Source: Octopus sinensis
Lineage: Eukaryota
Assembly (NCBI RefSeq): GCF_006345805.1
Contig: NC_043000.1
Coordinates: forward strand, 156,922,001-156,986,000
DNA: 64,000 bases
Reading direction: 5' to 3'
Shown piece after piece: positions 27,386 through 40,200 of the stretch. The position numbers and the translations under genes are program-made. The notes below the pieces were generated by a model. It had not been told where the DNA came from and made no database searches. It saw nothing but the letters and a program-made list of their open reading frames with translations. Within the stretch, counting starts at the first letter, position 1, and every line of letters begins with the position of its first letter.

Positions 27386-28735
27386 AGTGTGTGTGTGTGT
27401 GTGTGTGTGTGTATTTGTGATTAAATCCATTTAAAGAAAATACGTGTATATTTTCTGCCCCGGATATGTATATGTTTCTACGACTACTCGTTTCTTCAGC
27501 CCGTGTAGAAAAACACGTCTTATGTAGTCTTATTACAAAATAATAAGTCGGTCAGTATACATCGAAAGCAGGAGACTGTAAGTGTTCTGTGGCGTAATCC
27601 TAAACGCTACGTATCCCCGTATAGGCGCCTGTACACTGGTGATGATTGCATAGTGTAACTTTATATTGTTTACATTTCGTCATTGCATTTGTAAATGTGT
27701 TTATATATTATTGTACATCCTGAAATGTTTGTCTTTCCTCGTGTTATCGAACGTATTTATGATGTCCTTGGGCTAAAACACCCTTCACACACGCACAACA
27801 TAACGTTCAAGGCCACTAGAAAACTTATACACGTGCATGCATTCATAAACACACGTACAGGCACACATAAAATATACACACACACGCGCGCTCACACATG
27901 CACATGCGTATAAATATATAGACAAAATTTGCACTATCAGAGTTGATTCTGGTATGTTTACTATAGGAAGGAGCAAAGCAACAATACACAAACACACACT
28001 CACGCGCTAACATGCGCACACAGACACACACACACACACACGTATATGCACACATACGCACGCACGCACGCACACAGCCACATGCATATACATAGATAAC
28101 AATACACGTACATATGTACAAGTCATTCGCTTATTCTCAAGACTCAACTGCCACCACCACCACCACCACCACCACCATCTTCACCACCACCACCACCACC
28201 ACCATCTTCACCACCACCACCATCTTCACAACCAGCACCACCACCACCATCTTAACCACCACCACCACCACCACCACAGCCACCACTGCCACAACTGCTG
28301 ATGAACTCCCTCCCTCCCTATTTTCTCTCTCTCTCCTTCCTTCCTCTCTAGCCCTTTCTTTCTCTTCTTCCTCCTTTCTCCCCTTCCTTCTCCTCAGCCC
28401 CTTCTCCTGTCACTCCGTTGAACTTTTAAAGGCAACAACAACAACGACAGCTTTACGGAACGAAAACGTAATACGACTGAAAAAAAAAAAAGCCAGCCGA
28501 GGTGAATTACTTTACGATGATGCAATCCCAACGACATATTGACGGTTAAAGTAAACAAAAACACAGAGCAACCACCACCATACGTCGACACATAACTGTC
28601 ACGACACTCCAACCAGAAAGACGTAAGGCGAGTTCGCCAGTCGTCCTCAAAAACACTTTTTTTTGCTTTCTACTTAAAACATACTTTAAAGCAAATAGAA
28701 ATATTTCGGTGACACTCTCTCCCTTTCTTTCTTTT

Positions 28736-28927
28736 TCTCTCTTTTACTTGTTTCAGTCATTTGACTGTGGCCATGCTGGAGCACCTGCCTTTAATCGAGC
28801 GACTCGACCCCGGGAATTATTCTTTGTAAGCCCAGTACTTATTCTATCGGTCACTTTTTGCCGAACCGCTAAGTAACGGGGACGTAAACACACCAGCATC
28901 GGTTGTCAAGCAATGCTAGGGAGACAA

Positions 28928-28988
<61 letters not shown>

Positions 28989-29168
28989 ATATATATACAT
29001 ATATACGACAGGCTTCTTTCAGTTTCCGTCTACCAAATCCACTCACAAGGCATTGGTCTGCCGGGGCTATAGCAGAAGACACTTGCCCAAGATGCCACGC
29101 AGTGGGACTGAACCCGGAACCATGTGGTTGGTTAGCGAGCTACTTACCACACAGCCACTCCTGCGCCT
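28736..29168 (-). mobile_element. SINE family A
   Basis: Full-length match. Confidence 0.92.
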
Positions 29169-29315
29169 ATAAATGAGCTATAAATTAAAATAAATTTAAA
29201 AAAAACAAACTAAAATTACAACCTTATTTGTTAATATGCAGTAAGTCAAATATTCTTATCGAAACTTAATTAATTATATCTTAATTTCAGTTAGTATTTT
29301 TCACGTTTTACAAAT

Positions 29316-29706
29316 AGGAGTGGCTGTGTGGTAAGTAGCTTGCTTACCAACCACACATGGTTCCGGGTTCAGTCCCACTGCGTGGCATCTTGGGCAAGTG
29401 TCTTCTGCTATAGCCCCGGGCCGACCAATGCCTTGTGAGTGGATTTGGTAACGGAACTGAAAGAAGCCTGTCGTATATATATATATATGTTTGTGTGTCT
29501 TTGTTGTCCCCCTAGCATTGCTTGACAACCGATGCTGGTGTGTTTACGTCCCCGTCGCTTAGCGGTTCGGCAAAAAGAGACCGATAGAATAAGTACTGGG
29601 CTTACAAAGAATAATTCCCGGGGTCGAGTCGCTCGATTAAAGGCGGTGCTCCAGCATGGCCGCAGTCAAATGACTGAAACAAGTAAAAGAATAAAAGAAT
29701 AAAGAG
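29316..29706 (+). mobile_element. SINE family A
   Basis: Near full-length; divergent from the 28.7-kb copy. Confidence 0.92.
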
Positions 29707-29879
29707 AGATATGTAATCTTATTTTCGTATTGTACTTAATTACTGTGCCGCGGCACAGTAACAGGGAGCCAGAACCTACCCACTATTCCATGTGATCGTT
29801 CCCGTTGTTAGAAACACCAGCTAAATATCACTCAAGTCACTCCCTATCATCTTAGCTACCACCTTCACAACAGCAACAA

Positions 29880-30310
29880 CAACAACAACAATAATAATAA
29901 TAATCCTTTCTACTAAAGGCACAAAGACCGGAATTCGTGGGGAGGGGGAATAGTTGATTACATCGACCCCCAGTAGTTGACTGGTTCTAAATTTATCTTC
30001 CCCGAAAGGTCGAAAGGCAAAGTCAACCTCAGCGGAATTTGAACTCGGAACGTAGCGGCACACGGAATGCCATTAATGGCATTTCGTCCGACGTGCTAAC
30101 CATTCTGCCAGCTCGCCGCTTTTACAACAACAATAACAATGGCTTCAAATTTTTGACACAAGGCCAGGAATTTCAAGAAAGGGGGTAAAGTTGATTAACA
30201 TCGACCCCCAGTGTTCAATTAATGATTATTTTATCGATCTCCGAAACGATGAAAGGCAAAGTCGACCTCGACAGTATTTGAACTGAACGTGTAAAGACGG
30301 ACGAAATAAT
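29880..30310 (-). mobile_element. Two older SINE B-related copies
   Basis: catcgacccccag...gaaaggcaaagtc.acctc..cggaatttgaactc occurs twice. Confidence 0.75.
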
Positions 30311-30429
30311 AAATGCACATTGAATAAATTACTCTTAGATACACTATTCTTGACGACGAAATGAGGATGATCATGGTTAAAAAAACTTTTGATCATAGCT
30401 CTGTTTAATGAGAGATGACCTGAAGACGG

Positions 30430-30651
30430 AATCATCCTCCTCCTCCTCCTCCTCCTCTTCTTCTTTTTTTTCTTCTTTTTCTTCTTTTTTCTTCTTCTTT
30501 TTCGTCTTCTTCTTCTTCTTCTTCTTTTTCGTCGTCTTCTTTTTCTTCTTCTTCTGCTTCCCTCTCCTCCTCTTTCTCCTCCCCTCCTCCTCCTCCTCCT
30601 CCTCCTCCTCAACAACAACAACAGCAGCAGCTACAACAACAACAACAACAA

Positions 30652-30683
<32 letters not shown>

Positions 30684-30820
30684 ACAACAACAACAGCAAC
30701 AACAAAAACAACAAAGGCAGCAGCAACAACAAAAACAACAAAGGCAGCAGGGGCAGCAGCAGCAGCAACAACAACAACAACAACAACAACAGCAGCAGCA
30801 GCAGTACCATCGACATCAAC
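30430..30820. repeat. Compound (CCT)/(CTT)/(AAC)/(CAG) microsatellite
   Basis: Directly visible; source of poly-R/K/S/T/A ORFs. Confidence 0.95.
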
Positions 30821-30844
30821 ATTATCACCAGAATTATAGGAGAG

Positions 30845-31300
30845 CTCCTATGTAGCTGTTCGACCTGTTAAAAATAGCAGCCGATTTACCCTTAAAAAAC
30901 CATGTCCTACCCTCTTAAATAAGGAAGGATACACGGGAAACAGTTATTGCAGGAATGTCTTTGATCATAGGTTTGCTCGATCATGGTTGACCTTGGGCTA
31001 AAAAGTCATATGATGCGGTCGTCCAACCTCTGGAAGTAGCAGCCAGGTTCCCTCAAATAACTTCATGCTGTTTTTTTTGTTTTTTAAAAAAAGAAGGAAG
31101 AACGCATTAAACAAAGCAGGACATAAAAAGAGGTGGGGTAGGCACGGCTGGAATGCTTTTGATCATAAGCCTGCTTGGTGACAATAGACTAGGGCTAAAC
31201 GACTTCACCACTAACATGGGAAGCATCAAGGTAGACGGCTATATGGTCGCTCAACTTGCTAGAAATAGCAGTCAAATCTCTCTACTATTATACCCAACCG
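30845..31300. mobile_element. Cluster of old repeat fragments (family E)
   Basis: Recurrent motifs cgacctg.tagaaatagcag.c and ctttgatcatag...gctcgatca..g.tgacc..gggctaaa; related pieces at about 30.4, 31.8 and 60.5-60.7 kb. Confidence 0.5.
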
Positions 31301-31330
31301 TCCAAAGACGGTTAGGTATAATAAGCGGGT

Positions 31331-31750
31331 ATAATAAGGCGGCGAGCTGGCAGAAACGTTAGCACGCCGGGCGAAATGCTTAGCAGTATTTCGTTCGCCG
31401 CTACGTTCTGAGTTCAAATTCCGCCGAGGTCGACTTTGCCTTTCATCCTTTCGGGATCGATTAAATAAGTACCAGTTACGCACTGGGGTCGATATAATCG
31501 ACTTAATACCTATGTCTGTCTTTGTTTGTCCCCTCTGTTTAGCCCCTTGTGTCTAGTAAAGAAATAGGTATTTCGTCTGCTGTTATGTTCTGAGTTCAAA
31601 TTCCGCCGAGGTCGACTTTGCCTATCATCCTTTCGGGGTCGATTAAATAAGTACCAGTTACGCACTGGGGTCGATATAATCGACTTAATACCTATGTCTG
31701 TCCTTGTTTGTCCTCTCTGTGTTTAGCCCTTTGTGGGTAGTAAAGATACA
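31331..31750 (+). mobile_element. SINE B dimer with 14-bp TSD
   Basis: Junction aaataggta|tttcgtctg at 31570/31571; tataataagcgggt at 31317-31330 and 31751-31764. Confidence 0.9.
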
Positions 31751-31879
31751 TATAATAAGCGGGTTGGTCATGCTTGGAACATCTCAGATTATAGGGCTGT
31801 TCGATCCATAACAGTAACAACTATATTGCTATCACAACCGCCTTTATACCATCACCACCTCAACCGCCGCACCAAAAGC

Positions 31880-31890
31880 ACCACCACCAC

Positions 31891-31924
<34 letters not shown>

Positions 31925-32230
31925 GTTATTACCCATTGTCACTCTCACCATTACCACCACAACAAGTATTACCGCCACCACCACTGTTAGTAACAACCGC
32001 TTCCTCTATCACCACCACCACCACCACCACCACCACTACCATCACCACCACCACCACTACCATCACCAGCTGGTATTTACGCCTCCGTCACCGTCGCTCT
32101 TAAGACGACTGCCGTCGCTGACTTGTAAGACAGACGACAACAATAGCAACGACGGCGATAATAATAATAATAATAAGAAGAATAATAATAAGAAGAAGAA
32201 TAAGAATAAGAATAAGAATAAGATAAGAAC
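31880..32230. repeat. Compound (ATT)/(ACC)/(AAT)/(AAG) microsatellite
   Basis: Directly visible. Confidence 0.9.
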
Positions 32231-32569
32231 GAGAGTAACAAACAATGAGACAAGCTTTAGAGGAAATTACGTCATTTGGCTTCGAGATTTATCAGGTCAA
32301 ATCTAATTTATTTTTCGCTGTGATTTAAAGGATATTGTCAGAGGAGAGGAGTGAGGTTGTGTTTTTTAAGTAGGGTGGCTGGATAGCTTAGGCTTAGGGA
32401 CAGACAGACAGATAGATAGATAGATAGGTAAATAGATAGATAGATAGATAGACACGCAGTTAAGTAGCTATGTGACTTGTTCTACCCATAACATAGTTAC
32501 ATTACTTTCAGGCTATTTTCATTCTTCAACGCACAGGTACCTAATTAAATTGTACCCAATTATATTGTT

Positions 32570-33000
32570 ATTGGTTTCACATTTTGGCTCAAGGCCAGCA
32601 ATCTCAGGGGAAGGGATAAGTCGATCACATCGACTCCAGTACTCCGGAAGGATGAAAGACGGAGTCAGCCTCAGTGGAATTTGATCTTAGAACGTAAAGA
32701 CGGACGAAATGCATTTTGCCCGCCGTGCAAACGATTCTACCAGTTCGTCCGCCTTACGCAATAATAATATTACCATTACCATTTCTGTTAGCAGTTCGTT
32801 ACCAAGGGCGGGGGGTAACCCAGGGACGTCGGAAAAAACATTTTGCTGTATGTCGGTTCTTTATTAGTTTGAATTCAAATCCTGCCAAGATCAACTTTAT
32901 CTTTCACTCTTCCGGGGTCGATAAATAAAGAATCGATCAAATATTGAGATCGACTATCACGCTCCCCACAAATTTCAGGCCTTGGAATTTTAGCAATAAT
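32570..33000. mobile_element. Two old SINE B-related copies in opposite orientation
   Basis: B body motifs on the minus strand (32570-32760) and plus strand (32790-33000). Confidence 0.65.
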
Positions 33001-33849
33001 TATGAGGCCGCTTCTCGGATAGAGCTGCCTTGTTGATTTAAGCGCAGAAAAAATTAAAAGCTTGAGAAAATTGAATACTCACAACCTTCTATCATTTCAG
33101 CAATATGGTCAGCGAAGCTTCCACGTAAGCGTTCTTTCTGGGACTAGAAGTAAAGAAGAACGATGGCGTTTTCGAAGAATCCCTGAACTTAGACAAAAAT
33201 CATCTGGTTGGTCTGTTTTGGTGGACGTTCGATTTGGACACTATGCATAATTTCAGAAGACCCAGTCTTGATAGTGTTACTTCCAAGACAAGCCATACGG
33301 AACGAATGTGCCATCAAGTCGAGACTGCTTAAGATTTACATGGAACGGCGAATCCGTTCTGCACATTGCGAACGTTAGTGACTTGTGGGGCTTTGTCGAA
33401 CAGTTGTCCCAAGTAAGACTAATCTAGGTATCAACTGATTCCAGTCTGAAGATCACCTCCTTCCTTTGACCGCGAAGAGCAGGTAGTTTCCCTCTATTTA
33501 TCATAATCTTTTAATAGTTTTATTTAAGCTTCTGTTGCATCAGCAAGTGCACTTCTGTTATCTTGAGGTGTGTGCAACATTGTCGCTTACGGATGTAGAA
33601 ATGTGTTTGTATTCTACAACAGATTTGCTCTGTTGTGGGATTTGGTTTCCTTTTTCTGGTTTTATTTTAGCGTCTCTTCTGTTGTGTAGAGTATGCGCAA
33701 TGGGATTCGTGTGATTTTACTGGGTGGTGCTAGTATTCTGTATATGCAGTGTGGTTGGTATTACGAGTTTCGGTGTCGGGTGTCGAGTGTTGATATGCCT
33801 GCGCTATTCCCTAGTCATAGATATAAGACCGGTCTTCTGGATTCTGTGG

Positions 33850-34044
33850 TGCGTATATCCTACTTCCTGGACGGGACGCCGGTCTGCCGCAGGATTACTC
33901 ATTTTTGTCAGCTGAGTGGACTGGGGCAACGAGGAATGAAGTGTCTTGCTCAAGAACACAATGCATCACCCGGTCCAGGAATACGAAACTACAACCTTAC
34001 GGTTATGAATGCAGCTTCCTCACCGCTAAGCCACGAGCCTTCAC
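33850..34044 (-). mobile_element. SINE family D
   Basis: Colinear with 14966-15196 (ggacgggacgcc...gctgagtggactgg...ctcaagaacac). Confidence 0.8.
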
Positions 34045-34725
34045 AAATACCTGTGCAGTTTGTGCTATATTAAATGGTAGTAACTGTGCAGAATATAGTG
34101 ACGTACCACCCTGGGGCACCCCTGAGTTTGCTGTTCCCCGGGATCCTAAGCCAACACAAGCTTAGACAGTAGACACAGAAGTGACACTCCCATAAAAGCA
34201 CCGTCCAGAGCGGACCAGCATTCCAGCTACGCTAATTGCAGAATGTAATTCACTGGAATTATTGATATAGTGTCGCATACTGATTATGGACTGGTATGCG
34301 TTGCATTTTTCATTAGGTGTTGATTGTGTTAAGTAGATGTTTTCTTATATTGTTTGTGGGTAATTCTATATAATGCGTTGTGTTTTGCGTTATTCTGTTG
34401 GGTGCTGAGGATGTGCTTTGTGCAAAGGGTGCAGTACTTGAATTATACTATTGAATTCCATCGCACATGGGCAGGCGATTTGGCGAAGGTGAGGATGGTA
34501 GATACGTTGCCCCAAAAATGATAAACTGTAAAGTTACAACACAGAATAAAATTAGAAAAGAGCATTAGAGAAGAGCAGATAGATAGTAAAAGATAAAACT
34601 TCAACATAATAAACTGGAATTTAAGCGAACTGAAGATATTAGGCAGAATAACACCCCAGGAAATTACTAGCAGAGTTCCGAACCCTCCTCCTCACAAACT
34701 GATATAGATAATATATAGCTTTCAA

Positions 34726-34951
34726 AATGTGACCTCGTGTGTACCGTTGGCGATTTTTTCCCTCTGTCTTCCCTTCTCTGGATCTTTCCTTCTCTTAATG
34801 TTTCCGACGAAGAGCTCCGCTCGAAACGTTAAACCCTCCTTCTTTCCTTCTTTCCTTCTTTCCTTCTTTCCTGAGCGTCCAGTAATACTATATTTGTTCC
34901 ACTTCCTCGCGTTGTTGTGTTTTTTTTTTTGCTTTCTTGTTTGGATTAACT
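34726..34951 (+). mobile_element. ~225-bp hammerhead-bearing unit (solo pseudo-LTR/retrozyme-like), copy 1
   Basis: Second copy at 58545-58750; tagataatatata is duplicated at 34705-34717 and 34953-34965. Confidence 0.75.
34800..34834 (+). ncRNA. Minimal type I hammerhead-like motif
   Basis: GTTT-CCGACGA-A-GAGC tcc GCTC-GAAA-CG-TT-AAAC: stems I and II pair perfectly, C3-G8 is kept, U4 is C, and there is an extra A after A9. Confidence 0.7.
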
Positions 34952-35169
34952 TTAGATAATATATACCTATCCAGCACATAAGAAGAATTCTGTTTTGATG
35001 CAAATAGAAGACACCTACAAAATAGCAATAATGAATTAAAAAAAAAGTTTTTAAAAACAAGTGAAGAAAGTTTTGTGTAACGAAAACAAAAAAAGTGGGG
35101 GTAAGAAAATTTCAAATTTTCTTTCCATAATGTATAAGGAAAAAATAAAATGCATGTTCAAAAGTCGGT

Positions 35170-35390
35170 GGAGAAGCTGCCGAAGTACAAGCATGACGGG
35201 TTTGAAAGTTAAATAGTACCGATAATAATAATAAGAGCACTAGGTACGACAAAAATAAATATGAACACAAACTTGTAAAAAAGAAACAAAAACATACTAG
35301 GACTCACATTGATACATAATCCAAAAGTTAAGCTGTTGGAAATAGCAGATGCCTTACGAAAGATCGAAAGGCAGTGAGAAACGATGAGAT
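35170..35390 (+). mobile_element. Decayed R4/Dong-like 3' fragment
   Basis: EKLPKYK...IVPIIIIRALGT...ILGLTLIHNPKVKLLEIADALRK resembles EKxxKYxDL...PIxxGALG...GL...IQKxxLLGTAHILR. Confidence 0.4.
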
Positions 35391-35663
35391 CAGTCAAAGC
35401 TGGACTACTCCCGATCTGAGCGAATCTATAACGGCAGAACAGATCAGATAATGTGGCCCTAGATATTCTGTGTCTGGAAAGAAAACATGGGTTAAGACCT
35501 TAAAAATTTTTCTATCGTTGAGTTTCTCGAATATGGCTGCCCTGAGCGAAGCAACACATCAACCGCTGTGTTCAATAATAATGATAATGGCAGCAGTAGC
35601 GCAGCAGCAGCAACAACGACGATGGTGAATATGCTGATGATGATTCCTTTATTAGCCATTGGA

Positions 35664-36047
35664 TGGAAGCACTCCGTCGGTTACGACGATGAGGGTTCCG
35701 GTTGATCCGAATCAACGGAACAGCCTGCTCGTGAAATTAACGTGTAAGTGGCTGAGCACTCCACAGACACGTGTACCCTTAACGTAGTTCTCGGGGATAT
35801 TCAGCGTGACACAGAGAGTGACAAGCCCGGTCCTTGAAATACAGGTACAACAGAACAGGAAGTAAGAGTGAGAGAAAGTTGTGGTTGAAAGAGTACAGCA
35901 GGGATCACCACCATCCCCTGCCGGAGCCTCGTGGAGCTTCAGGTGTTTTCGCTCAATAAACACTCACAACGCCCGGTCTGGGAATCGAAACCGCGATCCT
36001 CTGACCGCGAGTCCGCTGCCCTAACCACTGGGCCATTGCGCCTCCAC
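35664..36047 (-). mobile_element. tRNA-derived SINE family C with TSD
   Basis: Head gtggaggcgcaatggcccagtggttagggcagcggactcgcggtc...ggtttcgattccc; attagccatt is duplicated at 35651-35660 and 36048-36057. Confidence 0.92.
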
Positions 36048-36389
36048 ATTAGCCATTAGGACTCAATGGAAATAAAGATAGTAGAAAATGACAAAGATAC
36101 AAACATATCGAGAGAATTACATAGATCGTGTAGAATATAAAAAAAAAAAAAAGAATTCTGATATAAGCCTTAGGCCTGAAATATTAGGGCATGGGTTAGA
36201 TCATCACATAGAGCCTAGTAGTATATGACTGGTATTTTATTTCATCAACCTTGGAAGGAAGAACAGAAAAGACGAAGTGATTTGAATTCAGAACTTAAAG
36301 AGCCAGAACAACACTGCACAACATTTGTCCGACGCGCTATCGATTCGATCAACCCATCTGTCTTATACACGACTACTGTATGCAAGTAT

Positions 36390-36810
36390 AAGGGCGGCGA
36401 ACTGGCAGAAACGTTAGCACGCTGGGCGAAATGTGTCGCCGTATTTCGTTTGCCGTTACGTTCTGAGTTCAAATTCCGTCGAGGTCGACTTTGCCTTTCA
36501 TCCTTTCGGGGTCGATAAATTAAGTACCAGTTACGCACTGGGATCGATGTAATCGACTTAATCCGTTTGTCTGTCCTTGTTTGTCCCTTCTGTGTTTAGC
36601 CCCTTGTGGTTAGTAAAGAAATAGGTATTTCGTCTGCCGCAACGTTGTGAGTTCAAATTCCGCCGAGGTCGACTTTGCCTTTCATCCTTTCGGTGTCGAT
36701 AAATTAAGTACCAGTTACGCACTGGGGTCGATGCAATCGACTTAATACCTATGTCTGCCCTAGTTTGTCCCCTCTGTGTTTACCCCCTTGTGGGCAGTAA
36801 AGAAATATAT
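36390..36810 (+). mobile_element. SINE B dimer with 18-bp TSD
   Basis: Same junction at 36627/36628; actactgtatgc(a/g)agtat at 36372-36389 and 36811-36828. Confidence 0.9.
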
Positions 36811-37429
36811 ACTACTGTATGCGAGTATGTTTGAGTGTACGTATGTTTGATTTCACAGACTCTCTGTTTTTTCTCTCTTTCTCCTCCCACACGCACTCTC
36901 TTACACACGCTCTCTCTGTCTCTGTCGTCTGTCTCTCTCTACCTGTCTCTCTTTCTGTCTGTCTGTCTCTCTCTTTCTCCCTCTCTTTCTCTCTGCCTCT
37001 ATTATTACTGTTGAAACATCATCTGTTGTTCTGAGCTAGTTATATTCAGGTAGACCCTGCACATCTGTTTTTCTCCTCCCCATCTCATTCCTAAGGCTTT
37101 TTTTCCCCTCTTCCTTCTCAGATCCCATAATTAATACATTTTCCAAGCTCTAATAAACTATCAAAGGCCTGCACCAAATTGAAATGTTGCAAGCGATTAT
37201 TTTAGAGAGTCAAATAATAAGCTGTATAAGGTCAATTAAACGCTGCGTAAGTGAATTGTACTGAATATTCAATAATAAGTGAAACTATTGACTACATGTA
37301 TACGTGGTAAATAATATTAGGCGTCGACGGAAGAGATTTATTGTCTGAAAATAGTCGATTGCTAAGCGCTTTAATCGATTTTCCCTATGTACGAATACGA
37401 GTTGTGCCCTCTACGGCGAGTTTCTAGGT

Positions 37430-37630
37430 CAGTGGTTTTCAACCAGGGTTCCGCCAGTACAGTCCAGGGGTTCCGCAAGAAGTTAGAAAACTGCTAAAAT
37501 CGGCAGTAATTTTTAATTCTCCTGTGCAGATATGTGTGCATAAGACTATTAAATTATTGCACAGGGGTTCCTCGAGCCAGTGGAATGTTTCCTTGGGGTT
37601 CCGCTCCAGCAAAACGTTTGAAAAGCACTG
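37430..37630. mobile_element. hAT (Charlie-like) MITE
   Basis: TIRs cagtggttttcaa / ttgaaaagcactg; 8-bp TSD ttctaggt / ctctaggt. Confidence 0.85.
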
Positions 37631-37839
37631 CTCTAGGTTCGATCATTTCCTCCGCCTTCGTATACTGTACCCCTGAGTCAACAAATTTTTAAATTTCTTT
37701 GGTTACACTGTTGAGATTTAGTTGAAAATAAATGTTAATGTGTTGTTAGACTAGATTGGTAAAAGTAAGTAGCTGAAGCAAGTTCATATTTATTATAAGA
37801 TCTCACATACACCATATGTAGAGGTGTAGACCAACCATA

Positions 37840-38046
37840 AGGCGGCGAGCTGGCAGAAACGTTAGCACGACGGGCGAAATTCGTAGCCGTATTTCGTCTG
37901 TCGTTACGTTCCGAGTTCAAATTCCGCCGAGGTCGACTTTGCCTTTCATCCTTTCGGGGTCGATAAATTAAGTACCAGTTACGCACTGGGGTCTGTCTTT
38001 GTTTGTCCCCTCTGTGTTTAGCCCATTGTGGGTAGTAAAGAAATAT
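37840..38046 (+). mobile_element. SINE B monomer inside the minisatellite
   Basis: Full head to tail with an internal deletion. Confidence 0.9.
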
Positions 38047-38202
38047 ATATGTAGAGGTTCAGATCCACCATAAGGGTAGGTACAGATCTGCCATAAGTGG
38101 AGGTTCACATCTACTGCAAGTGGAGGTACAGACCCACTATAAGAGGGAGTTCAGACACACCTTAAGTGGAGGCTTAGAGCAACCATAAGTGGAGATTTAA
38201 AC

Positions 38203-38389
38203 CAGTGTCCCGCAAATGGCATGTCGCAACATACTGGTGAACCACGAGACGATGCTAGGTGTGCTGCAATGTAACCTGAATATAATTTTTTTCCCTTATA
38301 CTTTTAACTATATTTTTAGTTCAGGTGTGCACCCGTACTTTGGAAAGAATACAATGTACCGCAAGTGAAAAAAAGGTTGCAGAGCAATG
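38203..38389. mobile_element. hAT-type MITE inside the minisatellite
   Basis: Imperfect TIRs cagtgtcccgcaa / ttgcagagcaatg; imperfect 8-bp TSD atttaaac / gtttagac. Confidence 0.6.
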
Positions 38390-39122
38390 GTTTAGACCAA
38401 CGGTAAGTGGAGATTTAGACCAACGGTAAGTGGAGATTTAGACCAACGGTAAGTGGAGATTTAGACCAACGGTAAGTGGAGATTTAAACCAACGGTAAGT
38501 GGAGATTTAAACCAACGGTAAGTGAAAATTTAAACCAACGGTAAGTGGAGATTTAGACCAGCGGTAAGTGGAGATTTAGACCAACGGTAAGTGGAGATTT
38601 AGACCAACGGTAAGTGGAGATTTAGACTAACCATAAGTGGAGATTTAGACTAACCATAAGTGGATATTTAGACCAACGGTAAGTGGGGATTGAGACCAAC
38701 CATAAGTGGAAGTTCAGACCCATCATAAGCGAAGGTGTAAACCAACTATAAATGGAGGGTCAGACCCACCATAAGTGGAGGTGCGGACCGAAAATAAATG
38801 GTGGTGTAGACCAACCATAAGTGGAGGTTTAGACCTACTGCAAGTGGAGAGTCAGACCCACCGTAAATGGAAGTTTCAGACCAACCATAAGCGGAAGTTC
38901 TGATCAACCAAAAGTGGAGGTTTAGACCCACCATAAGTGGAAGGTCAGTCCCATTTATAAGTGGAGGTTCAAACCCATCATAGGTGGAGGTATCGACCTA
39001 CCTTGGAGGTTTAGATTCACCATTAGTGGAGGTATATCTTTCCATACCATTTACTCACAACACACTCTATCTTTGTCTATTGCCCAGAACACATATATAC
39101 AATCACACATGTTCACATATTT

Positions 39123-39507
39123 TGGAAGCACTCCGTCGGTTACGACGATGAGGGTTCCGGTTGATCCGATCAATGGAACAGCCTGCTCGTGAAATTAACG
39201 TGTAAGTGGCTGAGCACTCCACAGACACGTGTACCCTTAACGTAGTTCTCGGGGATATTCAGCGTGACACAGAGAGTGACAAGGCCGGCCCTTTGAAATA
39301 CAGGAACAACAGAAACAGGAAGTAAGAGTGAGAGAAAGTTGTGGTGAAAGAGTACAGCAGGGATCACCACCATCCTCTGCCGGAGCCTCGTGGAGCTTTT
39401 AGGTGTTTTCGCTCAATAAACACTCACAACGCCCGGTTTGGGAATCGAAACCGCGATCCTATGAACGCGAGTCCGCTGCCCTAACCACTGGGCCATTGCG
39501 CCTCCAC
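39123..39507 (-). mobile_element. SINE family C with 11-bp TSD
   Basis: tgttcacatat at 39110-39120 and 39508-39518. Confidence 0.92.
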
Positions 39508-39723
39508 TGTTCACATATACGTCCCTACACACATATAGTGTATGGCAATACTCTATTTACATCTTCCTACGCTTTTTGTTATCTTGCTTTTCTCGTGAAT
39601 TATCACTTGGAGATTCATTTAGTACGCTAACGCCGACTACTTAGTAGAGCTATGATCAAAGCGTTCCGAACACGACAACCCCATATTACTTTCAGGCAAT
39701 GCACCCAAGAAAACATTAACAAT

Positions 39724-39895
39724 AGGCGCAGGAGTGGCTGTGTGGTAAGTAGCTTGCTAACCAACCACATGGTTCCGGGTTCGGTCCCACTGCGTGGCAT
39801 CTTGGGCAAGTGTCTTCTGCTATAGCCTCGGGCCGACCAATGCCTTGCGAGTGGATTTGGTAGACGGAAACTGAAAGAAACCCGTCGTATATATA

Positions 39896-39941
<46 letters not shown>

Positions 39942-40200
39942 TATATATGTTGTGTGTGTGTGTGTGTGTGTGTGTGTTTGTATGTGTGTGTGTACGTCTG
40001 TGTTTGTCCCCCTAGCATTGCTTGACAACCGATGCTGGTGTGCTTACGTCCCCGTCACTTAGCGGTTCGGCAAAAGAAGACCGATAGAATAAGTACTGGG
40101 CTTACAAAAGAATAAGTCCCGGGGTCGATTTGCTCGACTAAAGGCGATGCTCCAGCATGGCCGCAGTCAAATGACTGAAACAAGTAAAAGAGTAAAAGAG
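39724..40200 (+). mobile_element. SINE family A
   Basis: Full-length match. Confidence 0.92.

Larger units (their letters stand above)
37811..39035. repeat. 23-bp minisatellite (agaccaacggtaagtggagattt and decayed variants)
   Basis: Near-perfect units at 38391-38700 with degenerate units outward; interrupted by a SINE B and a MITE. Confidence 0.92.

Noticed and set aside
31345-31365. GAAACGTT in SINE B as a hammerhead half
   Set aside because: No upstream NNGANNA core or stem II; it is part of the Pol III A-box region.
38391-38700. CRISPR-like regular repeat
   Set aside because: Contiguous 23-bp units without unique spacers, in a eukaryotic context; it is a minisatellite.
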